A program made the position numbers and the translations under genes. Under the pieces are notes generated by a model that ran no database searches, was not told the origin of the DNA, and saw only the letters and a program-made list of their open reading frames with translations. From Candidatus Latescibacterota bacterium (lineage in GTDB: Bacteria; Latescibacterota; UBA2968): a stretch of DNA of 64,000 nucleotides. Below are positions 1 through 9,171 of the stretch, piece after piece. How positions within the stretch are numbered: the first letter of the stretch is position 1; each line of letters begins with the position of its first letter. The stretch is from contig OZ242010.1 in assembly GCA_965204745.1 (NCBI GenBank), positions 3,968,001 to 4,032,000 of the forward strand, read 5' to 3'.

Positions 1-1
1 C

Positions 2-301
2 ATTGTGGCGCATGTGACCGCGGATGTTGCCCTCGATGCTGGACAGGGGAACTTTGCGCGTCAAGATCCAAGTGGTGCCGTCGTCTTCTGCGCGCTCGAG
101 ATATACCCTGTCGTCGCCGCAGGAGAGTTCCCATTCATCCACGCGGGTTCCGTCATAATCGTAATAATGTCGCGCTGTGACCTGCCACGTTTTGAGGTCG
201 TAGTCGAGAACATAGCCCGGTTTGAGATCGGACAGGGTCAGGCTAAGGGGATCGTGGGCTTCGGGTTCGCGTTCTTTTTTTTTGAAGGGATTCCAGCTCA
301 T
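2..301 (-). CDS. DUF4178-like protein (runs off window start); third gene of Psp operon
   Basis: Manual translation from ATG at 301: MSWNPFKKKEREPEAHDPLSLTLSDLKPGYVLDYDLKTWQVTARHYYDYDGTRVDEWEL...; no stop before window edge; follows pspA on same strand. Confidence 0.7.
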   Translation of the reverse strand, partial: MSWNPFKKKEREPEAHDPLSLTLSDLKPGYVLDYDLKTWQVTARHYYDYDGTRVDEWELSCGDDRVYLERAEDDGTTWILTRKVPLSSIEGNIRGHMRHN

Positions 302-323
302 ACGTTTTCCAATGTTGCGTTGC

Positions 324-358
324 CAATCCGCCTGTCCGTGGCGCAGACAGGCGGATTG
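324..358. repeat. 13-bp-stem intergenic hairpin
   Basis: caatccgcctgtc (324-336) / gacaggcggattg (346-358) perfect inverted repeat between pspA and the next gene. Confidence 0.7.
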
Positions 359-367
359 TAGAAGCGA

Positions 368-1072
368 TTAGGCATCCATGCCCATTTTTGCCTTGAGGGC
401 AGCGAGGCGTTGATCTGATCCGCTCGATGCGGTGCTCAGTGCCGAGTCGATTTCTTCATCCACACTTTTGGCTTCGCCAGCCATTTCGCCGTACGCTTGG
501 GAGAGCGATTCGTCTTCTTCAACGCGCTCTTTCATGCGCTCGAGCATGGCGATGGTGCCAGACGAATCGACTTTGGCGAGTTGCTTGTTGATCTTTTTGG
601 TCGCTGCGGCGGTTTTCGCACGCGCCCGCAAAGAGATGAGTTCGTTTTCGTGGGTCGCGATGGTCGATTTGAGTTTATCCACTTGGCTTTGAAGCTGGTT
701 TGCCATGGTTTCCTGCGCTTGGGCGTCCTGTTCAAACTGCGCCAGACGCCGCTCGGCCTCTTCTTTGCGGTTGAGGGCCTCGGTTGCCAAGCGGTCGGCT
801 TCTTCGGGATCCAGGCCGCCGCCTTGGGCTTTTTGGATCAAGATCATGGCTTTTCGCTCCCAGTCCGCCGAGGCTTTTTTGTTGTCTTCGGCCTGCTTTC
901 GCAAGCGAATGGCCTGACCCTTGACCTCTGCGAGGCTGGTCATCGCGCTGCTGAGGTCTTTTTTCAGATCGCGGATGCCCTGTTCGGTCATTTTGATGGG
1001 GTCTTCAAACTTGTCGATAGCCGAATGGACTTCGGCCTTGCCCACATTGAAGAGGCGTTGAAAGATGCTCAT
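368..1072 (-). CDS. pspA: PspA/IM30 (bacterial ESCRT-III-like) protein
   Basis: MSIFQRLFNVGKAEVHSAIDKFEDPIKM N-terminus, long coiled coil, C-terminal LAALKAKM. Confidence 0.92.
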   Translation of the reverse strand: MSIFQRLFNVGKAEVHSAIDKFEDPIKMTEQGIRDLKKDLSSAMTSLAEVKGQAIRLRKQAEDNKKASADWERKAMILIQKAQGGGLDPEEADRLATEALNRKEEAERRLAQFEQDAQAQETMANQLQSQVDKLKSTIATHENELISLRARAKTAAATKKINKQLAKVDSSGTIAMLERMKERVEEDESLSQAYGEMAGEAKSVDEEIDSALSTASSGSDQRLAALKAKMGMDA

Positions 1073-1099
1073 GTGATGCTCCTTTGAAAAAGCGGGTGA

Positions 1100-1495
1100 T
1101 TATTGCTTGCTGTACGCGAGCAATTCGGCGGCATTTTCAGCCAAGGCGAGTTCGAGGGCCGTGATAGACCCTTCGAGTTCTGCGCGGTCGAGGGTTTCGA
1201 GGCGCAGGGTGTCGCGGAAGAGAACCGTGCCGGTTTCATCGTCGACGGCAAATGCACCGTGAACGAGCGTGCGATTCATTTCGAGCAACCGCTTGTAGAG
1301 GTCGCCCGGCGCGCTGGGGATGGGCAGAATCGCCTGTTCGATGATGAGGATGGGGTCCTCGCAATCCACGATGAGGTGGTTGATGCCCCTATCTTCGTCG
1401 CTGACCACGACCAATGCTTCTGCAACATCTTCTTCGTCGATGGCGAGGTCGAGGTCTTGAAGATAAGATTTGACTGTGTCGAAATATTCTGACAT
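1100..1495 (-). CDS. YbjN/CesT-like chaperone-fold protein
   Basis: 131 aa, acidic, LYKRLLEMNRTLVHGAFAVD motif; RBS AGGAG; upstream of pspA. Confidence 0.8.
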   Translation of the reverse strand: MSEYFDTVKSYLQDLDLAIDEEDVAEALVVVSDEDRGINHLIVDCEDPILIIEQAILPIPSAPGDLYKRLLEMNRTLVHGAFAVDDETGTVLFRDTLRLETLDRAELEGSITALELALAENAAELLAYSKQ

Positions 1496-1962
1496 TTTAC
1501 ACTCCTGAAAAAACGGTTGGCGTTTTGCCGTTCATCTATGAGATTCGCAAGCGAATTATTGGTTTCAAAAAGTTACTGCTCAAATTGCCCCGCGTCAAGG
1601 AGAGAATCCCAGTTGTCAGTTGTCAGTGGCTTTAGCCCGACAAACTTTTTAAGCCTTGCTTTTTTAAGAGTTGTTTGAATTGGGTAATGTCGCCCGAATC
1701 GAAAACCACATAGGATCTCCCGTCTCATCTTCTCAAACTTGCAGATGAAAAATTTGAATCGTTTGTTTGGAAGAGCAAAGAGTAGAAGGAAGCAGTGATG
1801 TGGGAATTTCTGTTTGGGTTGAGCGAAGCAGTGACATGGGAATTTCTGTTTGGGTTGAGCGTTGTCGTCCTCTGCGTCCTCTGCGTATGTGTCCTCTGCG
1901 TATATTTTGCCTTAGAAATTTGGTCACTTGTGGTCGTGGTCAACCGAGCGGGTAAAGCAGTG

Positions 1963-2367
1963 ATGCGGAAAATTCTGTTTTGGTTGACCGTGTGGTTTGT
2001 CGTCCTCTGCGTATGTTTTGCCTTACATGGTTGGTCACTTGTGGTCGTGGTCAACCGAGCGGGTATTGAGGTGACGGAGATCGACTTTGTGTGGTTCAAT
2101 CCGCAATGGGACGGGCGCGGGGATGATTCCTTTGTGAAGTACAATTTTTGGAAATCCGTGATTTGGTTCTTTGGCTTGTGGCTTGGTATCCCTCTCCTTC
2201 TCGCCTATGGGTGGACTGCTGATGAGAGAGCCGAGACATGGTGGGAGAAATGGAACGAGAAACGGTGGAAGAAATTGAAGAAAACACAAAAGCGCATGGA
2301 GGATTATGCCGAGGCGCTACGACGCCATCAGGAGAGGAGGCAGGATGGACGTTCGGAAGATGTATAA
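1963..2367 (+). CDS. Hypothetical membrane protein (5' region tandemly duplicated upstream)
   Basis: Two hydrophobic segments and a charged tail; in frame with ORF 1795..2367. Confidence 0.5.
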   Translation: MRKILFWLTVWFVVLCVCFALHGWSLVVVVNRAGIEVTEIDFVWFNPQWDGRGDDSFVKYNFWKSVIWFFGLWLGIPLLLAYGWTADERAETWWEKWNEKRWKKLKKTQKRMEDYAEALRRHQERRQDGRSEDV

Positions 2368-2587
2368 ATCTGATCGCGTGAAAATCACGCAGACGGACGA
2401 CGGAGAGTGGTGGGTGCTCTTGCTCGAAGGGGCAATGGCCGAGTGGGAACGGACAGCCGTCGCGCGAAGCCTGCGCGGGTTGCTCGATGGGGATCACATG
2501 CGTTGCTTCGAGCGGTTTCACGCGAGCGGCGAGGATCGAGACGTGATTGAGGAATGGCGCAAACGCGCCGGCGACCCGATTGATTAG
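2345..2587 (+). CDS. Hypothetical protein
   Basis: GGAGG RBS before ATG 2345; 80 aa with protein-like composition. Confidence 0.5.
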   Translation: MDVRKMYKSDRVKITQTDDGEWWVLLLEGAMAEWERTAVARSLRGLLDGDHMRCFERFHASGEDRDVIEEWRKRAGDPID

Positions 2588-2804
2588 GAGCTAAGTAGCA
2601 AAGGCCACGGGCGACGCCTCTTTCAAAGTCGCCCCATTTTTTCATCTTGTAGTAAGCGTTGTAAGCGTTGATTCTGTCGCCTGGTGTTGTCCGTGTTGGG
2701 CGATCTCGTTGGGTATGGGTTTGTAGTGGCGTGCGTCTTTGATGCAGAATAAGGGCTTGTGGGGCGTGCCTGACAAACGCCCCAAATTCTATTGGAGGTG
2801 TAAA

Positions 2805-5204
2805 ATGTTGAAGCGTATGTTTGGTTGTTTCGCAGTGGTGGCAATCGCGCTGGCAATGCACCAGCCCGTAGCCGCCGGTCCCAATGCTAATGCCGTTCTG
2901 TCTTGGGACATCGATGCCAGCGATAATAAAAGGGATGATGGCAATACATCGGGCACCGTGGCAGGTGCAGGTACCGATGTTGTCGTCGAGGTGTTTATCA
3001 CGGGGTTGGCAGGCCCAATTATCGGTGGTGCGTTTTCCATTGATACGAATAGGCTGACCGTCAAAAGTGCGGCGGCTACGCCGGGGTTGTCGGTTCTTGG
3101 GACTACCGCAAGAACTGTCTCATTAGGTGGTTTCCCACCGGGCGTTGCCCTGCCCAATGGCTATTTGGGAACTGTTACGCTTACGACAACTTCTGACGTA
3201 ACAGGTACCGAATTCACAGTTAGTGCCAGCATAAATGTGGCGGATGGCACAAGTCCTTTTGCGACGGATATGCTCACCGCGGCGACGCCATTGACTTTTA
3301 ATGCCTCTACGCAAACGCCTACGCCCGATTTTAACGGCGATGGCACAGTAGGCTTTGCAGACTTCTTGGAATTTGCAGGGCAATTTGGCACGCGGCGCGG
3401 GGATGGCAGATACCAAGCCAAGTACGATCTGAATAGCGATGGCGCGATAGACTTTCGGGATTTTCTGAGTTTTGCCGGCAGTTATGGTCAGTCCGTGCCA
3501 CCCAGCGGTGGGGGCGGGGGCGGCAGTGGTGGCGGTGGCAGTGGTGGTAGTGGTGGCGGTAGTAGCAGTCCCGATCTGATCGTTGAATCGCCTTCGGTCA
3601 GCGATAGCACCTTGACGCCTGGGCAATCCTTCACCCTGCAAGCCACCGTTCGCAATCGGGGCACGGGGCAATCAGCCTCGACGACCCTGCGCTATTACCG
3701 CTCGTCCAATTCGACGATCTCTACGAGCGATACAGAAGTCGGCACAGATTCGGTCAGCGGTCTTTCCGCTTCGCGCACGGGTTCGGAATCGATCAGTCTA
3801 ACTGCTCCGTCGAGTACCGGCACGTATTACTACGGTGCGTGCGTGGCAAGCGTCAGCGGCGAGACCGATACCCGCAACAACTGCTCAACAGGCGTGCGCG
3901 TTACGGTGAGTAGCGGCAGTGGTGGCGGTGGCAGTGGTGGTAGTGGTGGCGGTAGTAGCAGTCCCGATCTGATCGTTGAATCGCCTTCGGTCAGCGATAG
4001 CACCTTGACGCCTGGGCAATCCTTCACCCTGCAAGCCACCGTTCGCAATCGGGGCACGGGGCAATCAGTCTCGACGACCCTGCGCTATTACCGCTCGACC
4101 AATTCGACGATCTCTACGAGCGATACAGAAGTGGGCACGGATTCGGTCAGCGGTCTGTCCGCTTCGGGCACAGGTTCGGAATCGATCAGTCTAACTGCTC
4201 CGTCGAGTACCGGCACGTATTACTACGGCGCGTGCGTGAGAGCGGTCAGCGGCGAGACCGATACCCGCAACAACTGCTCAACAGGCGTGCGCGTTACGGT
4301 GAGTAGCGGCAGCGGTGGCGGTGGCGGTAGTAGCGGTGGCGGTACGCCCAAGATGTACTGGACAGACGATTTCACCGACGAAGCCCAATTCAGATATGGC
4401 ACGTTCCTATATGGCACGGGTAGGATTTCTCGTGCCAACTTGGATGGCTCCCAGGTCGAAATCGTCCGCAGACCGCAGTCACCAACTCGCATCGCGCTGG
4501 ATGTGGAAGGCAGAAAGATGTACTGGACGGGCAACTCGTACACAATAACAAACCGGGTCGGAAGCTTAATATGGTATATATCGTATGGTCTGATTCAGCG
4601 TGCCAGCTTGGATGGCCGGGGCGGATACCTCCGCCTCCGCAACGTGAGGGATCAGAATCCACGGGGCATCGCGCTGGATGTGGGACGCGGAAAGATGTAC
4701 TGGGCGGCGAACCTGGGTAGAATTTATCGTGCCAACTTGGATGGCTCCCAGGTCGAAATCATCCTCAGAGGATTGAGGTCTCCAAATGGCATCGCGCTGG
4801 ATGTGGGGGGCGGAAAGATGTACTGGACGGACTATGGCACGGATAAGATTCAGCGTGCCAACTTGGATGGCTCCAATGTCGAAGACCTCATCACCACAGG
4901 ATTGAGTGGGCCATCTGGCATCGCGCTGGATGTGGGGGGCGGAAAGATGTACTGGACGGACTATGGCACGGATAAGATTCAGCGTGCCAACTTGGATGGC
5001 TCCCAGGTTGAAGACCTCATCACCACAGGATTGAGGTCTCCATCTGGCATCGCGCTGGATGTGGGGGGCGGAAAGATGTACTGGACAGACTATGGCACGG
5101 ATAAGATTCAGCGTGCCAACCTCGATGGCTCCAATGTCGAAGACCTCATCACCACAGGATTGGATAGGCCAAGTGGCATCGCGCTGGATTTGCGGGGTCA
5201 GTAG
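2805..5204 (+). CDS. Secreted modular protein: EF-hand/dockerin-like, 2x CARDB-like Ig, YWTD (LDL-receptor class B) beta-propeller
   Basis: GGAGG RBS, signal peptide, DFNGDGTVGFADFL pair, Gly/Ser linkers, PDLIVESPSV..TVRNRG repeats, KMYWTD repeats. Confidence 0.88.
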   Translation: MLKRMFGCFAVVAIALAMHQPVAAGPNANAVLSWDIDASDNKRDDGNTSGTVAGAGTDVVVEVFITGLAGPIIGGAFSIDTNRLTVKSAAATPGLSVLGTTARTVSLGGFPPGVALPNGYLGTVTLTTTSDVTGTEFTVSASINVADGTSPFATDMLTAATPLTFNASTQTPTPDFNGDGTVGFADFLEFAGQFGTRRGDGRYQAKYDLNSDGAIDFRDFLSFAGSYGQSVPPSGGGGGGSGGGGSGGSGGGSSSPDLIVESPSVSDSTLTPGQSFTLQATVRNRGTGQSASTTLRYYRSSNSTISTSDTEVGTDSVSGLSASRTGSESISLTAPSSTGTYYYGACVASVSGETDTRNNCSTGVRVTVSSGSGGGGSGGSGGGSSSPDLIVESPSVSDSTLTPGQSFTLQATVRNRGTGQSVSTTLRYYRSTNSTISTSDTEVGTDSVSGLSASGTGSESISLTAPSSTGTYYYGACVRAVSGETDTRNNCSTGVRVTVSSGSGGGGGSSGGGTPKMYWTDDFTDEAQFRYGTFLYGTGRISRANLDGSQVEIVRRPQSPTRIALDVEGRKMYWTGNSYTITNRVGSLIWYISYGLIQRASLDGRGGYLRLRNVRDQNPRGIALDVGRGKMYWAANLGRIYRANLDGSQVEIILRGLRSPNGIALDVGGGKMYWTDYGTDKIQRANLDGSNVEDLITTGLSGPSGIALDVGGGKMYWTDYGTDKIQRANLDGSQVEDLITTGLRSPSGIALDVGGGKMYWTDYGTDKIQRANLDGSNVEDLITTGLDRPSGIALDLRGQ

Positions 5205-5880
5205 TTCCGTGTTCAAGGCTTGAACCGCGTGCGGCGCGCCATGAGAACGGGCAGAGATCAGGGGAGAGCCCGTGATCGGGCGCGGCGCGCGCCATTCTAG
5301 CTGTAAAAAAAAGGTTGCCTTCGTTCCGATTGGGCCTTATGATTAGGGCGATTCAGCGCAGAGGGGTGGCGGCCCCGTTTCACGCGCCAATGGATAACGT
5401 AAAATTGTCCGCCAGGGCGAGGTTTCAATGCATGTCGTTATCCCATGCTATTGAGGTCTCGCCCACTTTTTTTGCCGAGCGCGTGCGACAAAGACACGGT
5501 GGCCGAAGGCGCGAAAAAGGAAAGGAAAGGTGAGCGGCGATGCGAAGGTGGCAACTGGTGGTCGAGGGCGCGGCGTGGCTGGTGGGTAGCTTCGTGGTGG
5601 GGACGTTGATTTTGTGGTTGCTTGGCCGCGTGTAGCCATCTCCCCGGCACCGGGGAATTGAAACATTGATGGACACAAAAAAGCGTCACCGGGTGAGGGA
5701 GCCCAGTGACGCATGTCCTCAGAATGCGGATAGGCATAAGCATGAGGGGCGAGACTATAATTTAATCTGCAACAAATGTCAATTACTTTTTTCAGGAGGT
5801 TTTTGTTCTATCGCGGTCAGAGTAGATGCGGTCAGAGTAGATATAGCAAGCAAGCAAATTATTCACAGTGAGGTTTGGTT

Positions 5881-6080
5881 ATGGAACGTCGTTTTTTGGC
5901 AACACGGTTTGATTATGATGTGGTGCGTGGTCACATGATGACGTGGGGAAAGGCGGTTGATCTGGCGACAATCGCTCAGCACAAAGAGGTTGAAAAGGTC
6001 AGGGCTTTGTATTTGACCGACAAGACGGCTTATGAGGATGCGAAGAAGCAACTCCCGGCGTTTTGCGTCTCGTCGACGTA
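5881..6080 (+). pseudogene. Truncated BT4734/VirE-N (primase-associated) domain fragment
   Basis: VEKVRALYLTDKTAYEDAKKQLPAFCVS resembles the K-x2-LP motif of this family; runs directly into an IS end. Confidence 0.45.
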
Positions 6081-6156
6081 TCCGTCGAGAAAGAGGGGCT
6101 TAAAGCCAATGGAAAAGGGACGTATTTTGCCACGACAATATTTATGCAACAACGCC
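6078..6156 (+). mobile_element. Solo 3' end of IS5-family (IS903-group) element
   Basis: agaaagaggggcttaa...ccacgacaatatttatgcaacaacgcc matches the reverse complement of ~58379-58450 including the 17-bp TIR; followed by gttgtcagt. Confidence 0.85.
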
Positions 6157-6293
6157 GTTGTCAGTTGTCAGTCCCAACCCCTCGCCCCACCTTTTGTGCC
6201 TTTGAACTGGCTGGCGCCAGTTGTACCCCGCTCGTGGCTAAAATCCCATCTCACGCCTTGTTGACCGCCGATTGATCCCATTGGAGTTTCTTT

Positions 6294-8003
6294 ATGATAC
6301 CCAACTATCCCGTCTGGCATGTGCGCCATAAAGGGGATTGCGATTCCCTGCCCGATGTGATTCTCGCAAACCGATCATTGACGAGCGAGCATCTGTCCGA
6401 TTCGCCCGAGATTTTGAACGATCCCTATTTGATGATGGATATGGACCGCATTGTCGAGCGCGTGGCGCGGGCCATTCGCAAGGGCGAACACATCGTGGTG
6501 TTTGGCGATTACGACGTGGATGGGGTGACGAGCACGGCTGTTTTGCTGGATTTTTTTGACTCGGTGGGCGCGCATGCCTCGTTTTTGCTGCCCGATAGGT
6601 ATCGAGACGGATACGGCATCAAGCCCCCGAGCGTGGCGCGGGCCATCAAAAAGGGCGCGCAACTGATCGTGACAGCAGACAATGGCATTTCGGCTTTTGA
6701 GGCGGTTGACGCGGCCAATGCGGCTGGCGTGGATGTGGTGGTGATCGACCATCACCACCCGCAGGCACAGCAGGAGTGCCCGAACCGCGATCTGTTGCCA
6801 GACGCGCTCGCGCTGGTCAATCCCAATCGGTCGGATTGCGCGTATCCCTTTAAGGGCTTGGCCGCTGTGGGCCTGGCCTTCAAGGTGGTGCAGGCGTTGG
6901 CGAAAGAGTTCATCGTCGAATCGGAACGCAGGCGGTATTTGAACGCGCTTTTGGATCTGGTGGCGTTGGGCACTGTGGCGGATATGGCGCCGATGATCGC
7001 GGAGAATCGCCTGCTCACGCGAAGGGGCATGCAGGTGCTCGAAACGACGCAGCGCCCGGGCCTACAAGCGCTGAAGGCGGTTGCCGGGGCGAGGAATCGG
7101 TGCGTGGATACGACCACAATCGGATTTTTCCTGGGGCCGCGCATCAACAGCGCGGGGCGGTTGTCTTCAGCGGATTTGGCCCTCGATTTGTTGCGGAGTG
7201 CGGACCACGCCCAAGCGACGCGCTTGGCCGATACGTTGAATGGCTTAAATGGCGAACGCCGGGCTTTGCAGAGCGACGGGATGGCCGAAGCAGAGCGCGT
7301 GGTGGAAGACCAGGGGTTGACGCAACAGCGCGTTTTGGTGGTGCGCGGCGAGCATTGGCATTTGGGCGTGGTGGGCTTGATCGCCGGGCGGTTGGTGGAG
7401 AAATTTTATCGGCCCGCGCTGGTGTGTACCAATTTTCGGAAAAACGGCGTTTATACCGGGTCCGCGCGCACAGCCGGGGGATACAATATCGTGGAGGCGA
7501 TTTTCCGCGTGTCCGATTTGCTCACCGAATTTGGCGGGCACGCCGATGCGGCCGGGTTTTCGGTGCCCGCTGACAAGTACCCCGAATTTCGCGCCCGGCT
7601 GATCGCCGATGCGGCCGAGCGGTTGTCCGAAGACGCACTGATTCCGCAGTTGGAGGTCGATGCGGTGCTCAAACCATCCGAGATTTCATTGGATACGGTC
7701 GATGCCCTCAATAAATTGGCGCCCTTTGGCGCGAGGAATGAATCGCCCCGCTTTGTGGCGCGCAACTGCCGAATCGCCGATGCGCGGGCCGTGGGCCGCG
7801 GCGCGCACTTAAAACTGAGCGTGGATACGGGCGCGAAGCTGTGCGACGCGATATGGTTCCGCAATGGCGAGCGCGTTCACGAGTTGTCCATCGGCGATCA
7901 GGTCGATCTCGCCTTTGCCCTTGATGCCAACACTTGGCAGGGCAGAACCACGGTGCAGATGGTGGTGGAAGATATGCGTTTGTCATCCGTTCCATCGCGC
8001 TGA
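6294..8003 (+). CDS. recJ: Single-stranded-DNA-specific exonuclease RecJ
   Basis: GDYDVDG, DHH, LGTVAD, GPRINSAGR and GGHADAAG motifs. Confidence 0.96.
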   Translation: MIPNYPVWHVRHKGDCDSLPDVILANRSLTSEHLSDSPEILNDPYLMMDMDRIVERVARAIRKGEHIVVFGDYDVDGVTSTAVLLDFFDSVGAHASFLLPDRYRDGYGIKPPSVARAIKKGAQLIVTADNGISAFEAVDAANAAGVDVVVIDHHHPQAQQECPNRDLLPDALALVNPNRSDCAYPFKGLAAVGLAFKVVQALAKEFIVESERRRYLNALLDLVALGTVADMAPMIAENRLLTRRGMQVLETTQRPGLQALKAVAGARNRCVDTTTIGFFLGPRINSAGRLSSADLALDLLRSADHAQATRLADTLNGLNGERRALQSDGMAEAERVVEDQGLTQQRVLVVRGEHWHLGVVGLIAGRLVEKFYRPALVCTNFRKNGVYTGSARTAGGYNIVEAIFRVSDLLTEFGGHADAAGFSVPADKYPEFRARLIADAAERLSEDALIPQLEVDAVLKPSEISLDTVDALNKLAPFGARNESPRFVARNCRIADARAVGRGAHLKLSVDTGAKLCDAIWFRNGERVHELSIGDQVDLAFALDANTWQGRTTVQMVVEDMRLSSVPSR

Positions 8004-8018
8004 TTTCCCGGAGGTAAA

Positions 8019-9137
8019 ATGGGCCTTGTCGAAAAGTTGAATGTGGGCATCGTGGGGGCCGTAGGACGCGGGGCGAGTTTTCGCGTGGCGTTTGAAGCGC
8101 AGGAACTCGCCCGCATTCACGCGGTGTGCGATGTGCGCGAAGACGCGCTCGACGATGTGGCTGAACGCTTGGGCGCGGCTGAAAAATACGTGGATTACGA
8201 GGAGATGCTGGCGCGGTCTGAAATCGACGCGGTCGTGATCGGCACGCCCATGCACTTTCACGCCCCGCAGGCTATCGCCGCGCTGCGCCGGGATCTCCAC
8301 GTCTTGAGCGAAGTCACGGCCGGGGTTTCCGTGTCGGAATGCCGCGAATTGGTGCAGGTGGCATCCGCGTCAACCGCGGTCTATATGATGGCTGAAAATT
8401 ACACCTATACCCGATCCAATGTCTTGGTCAAGGAACTCGTCCGACAGGGGTTGTTCGGCGAGGTGTATTACGGCGAAGGCGAGTATTTGCACGAATTGAA
8501 GGCCCTCAACGAGATCACGACCTGGCGGCGCAAGTGGCAAACCGGAATCGATGGCGTGACGTATTGCACGCACAGCTTGGGGCCGCTGTTGCAGTGGATG
8601 CCGGGCGACCGCGTGGCACGGGTGTGTTGCGCCGGAAGTGGTCATCACTATGCGGACCCGCGCGGGGATCGGTATGAAAATCAGGATTCCTGCGTGATGT
8701 TGTGCCAGATGGCGAGCGGCGGACTGGTAAAAATTCGGGTGGATATGCTGTCCGAGCGACCCCATGCGACCGGCAATTTTCAGTTGCAGGGCACCAAGGG
8801 GTGCTACGAATCCGCACGAGAACGCAACGGCGTCAATCGCGTGTGGCTCGCGGATATCTGCGAGGACAAAAATGCGTGGCTGGATTTGACCGAGTTGGAG
8901 GCCGATTATTTGCCCGACATGTGGCGCGACCCGCCCGAAGCCGCATCGCGAGCAGGGCACGGCGGGAGCGATTTTTTCGAGGTGATGGATTTCATCCAAA
9001 GCATCGCCGGCGAGATCACCTGCCCCATCGGCATTCACGAGGCGATGGACATGACCCTGCCGGGGCTGATCAGCCAACAATCCATTTTGCAAAACAGCGC
9101 GTGGCTAGATGTGCCGGATTCGAGGACGTGGGTATAG
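8019..9137 (+). CDS. Gfo/Idh/MocA family oxidoreductase
   Basis: Rossmann N-terminus, TPMHFH, VLSEV, AENY, GHGGSD. Confidence 0.9.
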   Translation: MGLVEKLNVGIVGAVGRGASFRVAFEAQELARIHAVCDVREDALDDVAERLGAAEKYVDYEEMLARSEIDAVVIGTPMHFHAPQAIAALRRDLHVLSEVTAGVSVSECRELVQVASASTAVYMMAENYTYTRSNVLVKELVRQGLFGEVYYGEGEYLHELKALNEITTWRRKWQTGIDGVTYCTHSLGPLLQWMPGDRVARVCCAGSGHHYADPRGDRYENQDSCVMLCQMASGGLVKIRVDMLSERPHATGNFQLQGTKGCYESARERNGVNRVWLADICEDKNAWLDLTELEADYLPDMWRDPPEAASRAGHGGSDFFEVMDFIQSIAGEITCPIGIHEAMDMTLPGLISQQSILQNSAWLDVPDSRTWV

Positions 9138-9171
9138 CGTCAACTCCCACTGACCACTCAAAGGAGCGACC

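Noticed and set aside
1789-1860. 36-bp direct repeats as a CRISPR array
   Set aside because: Repeats are adjacent with no spacers, are in frame with an ORF, and no cas genes are present
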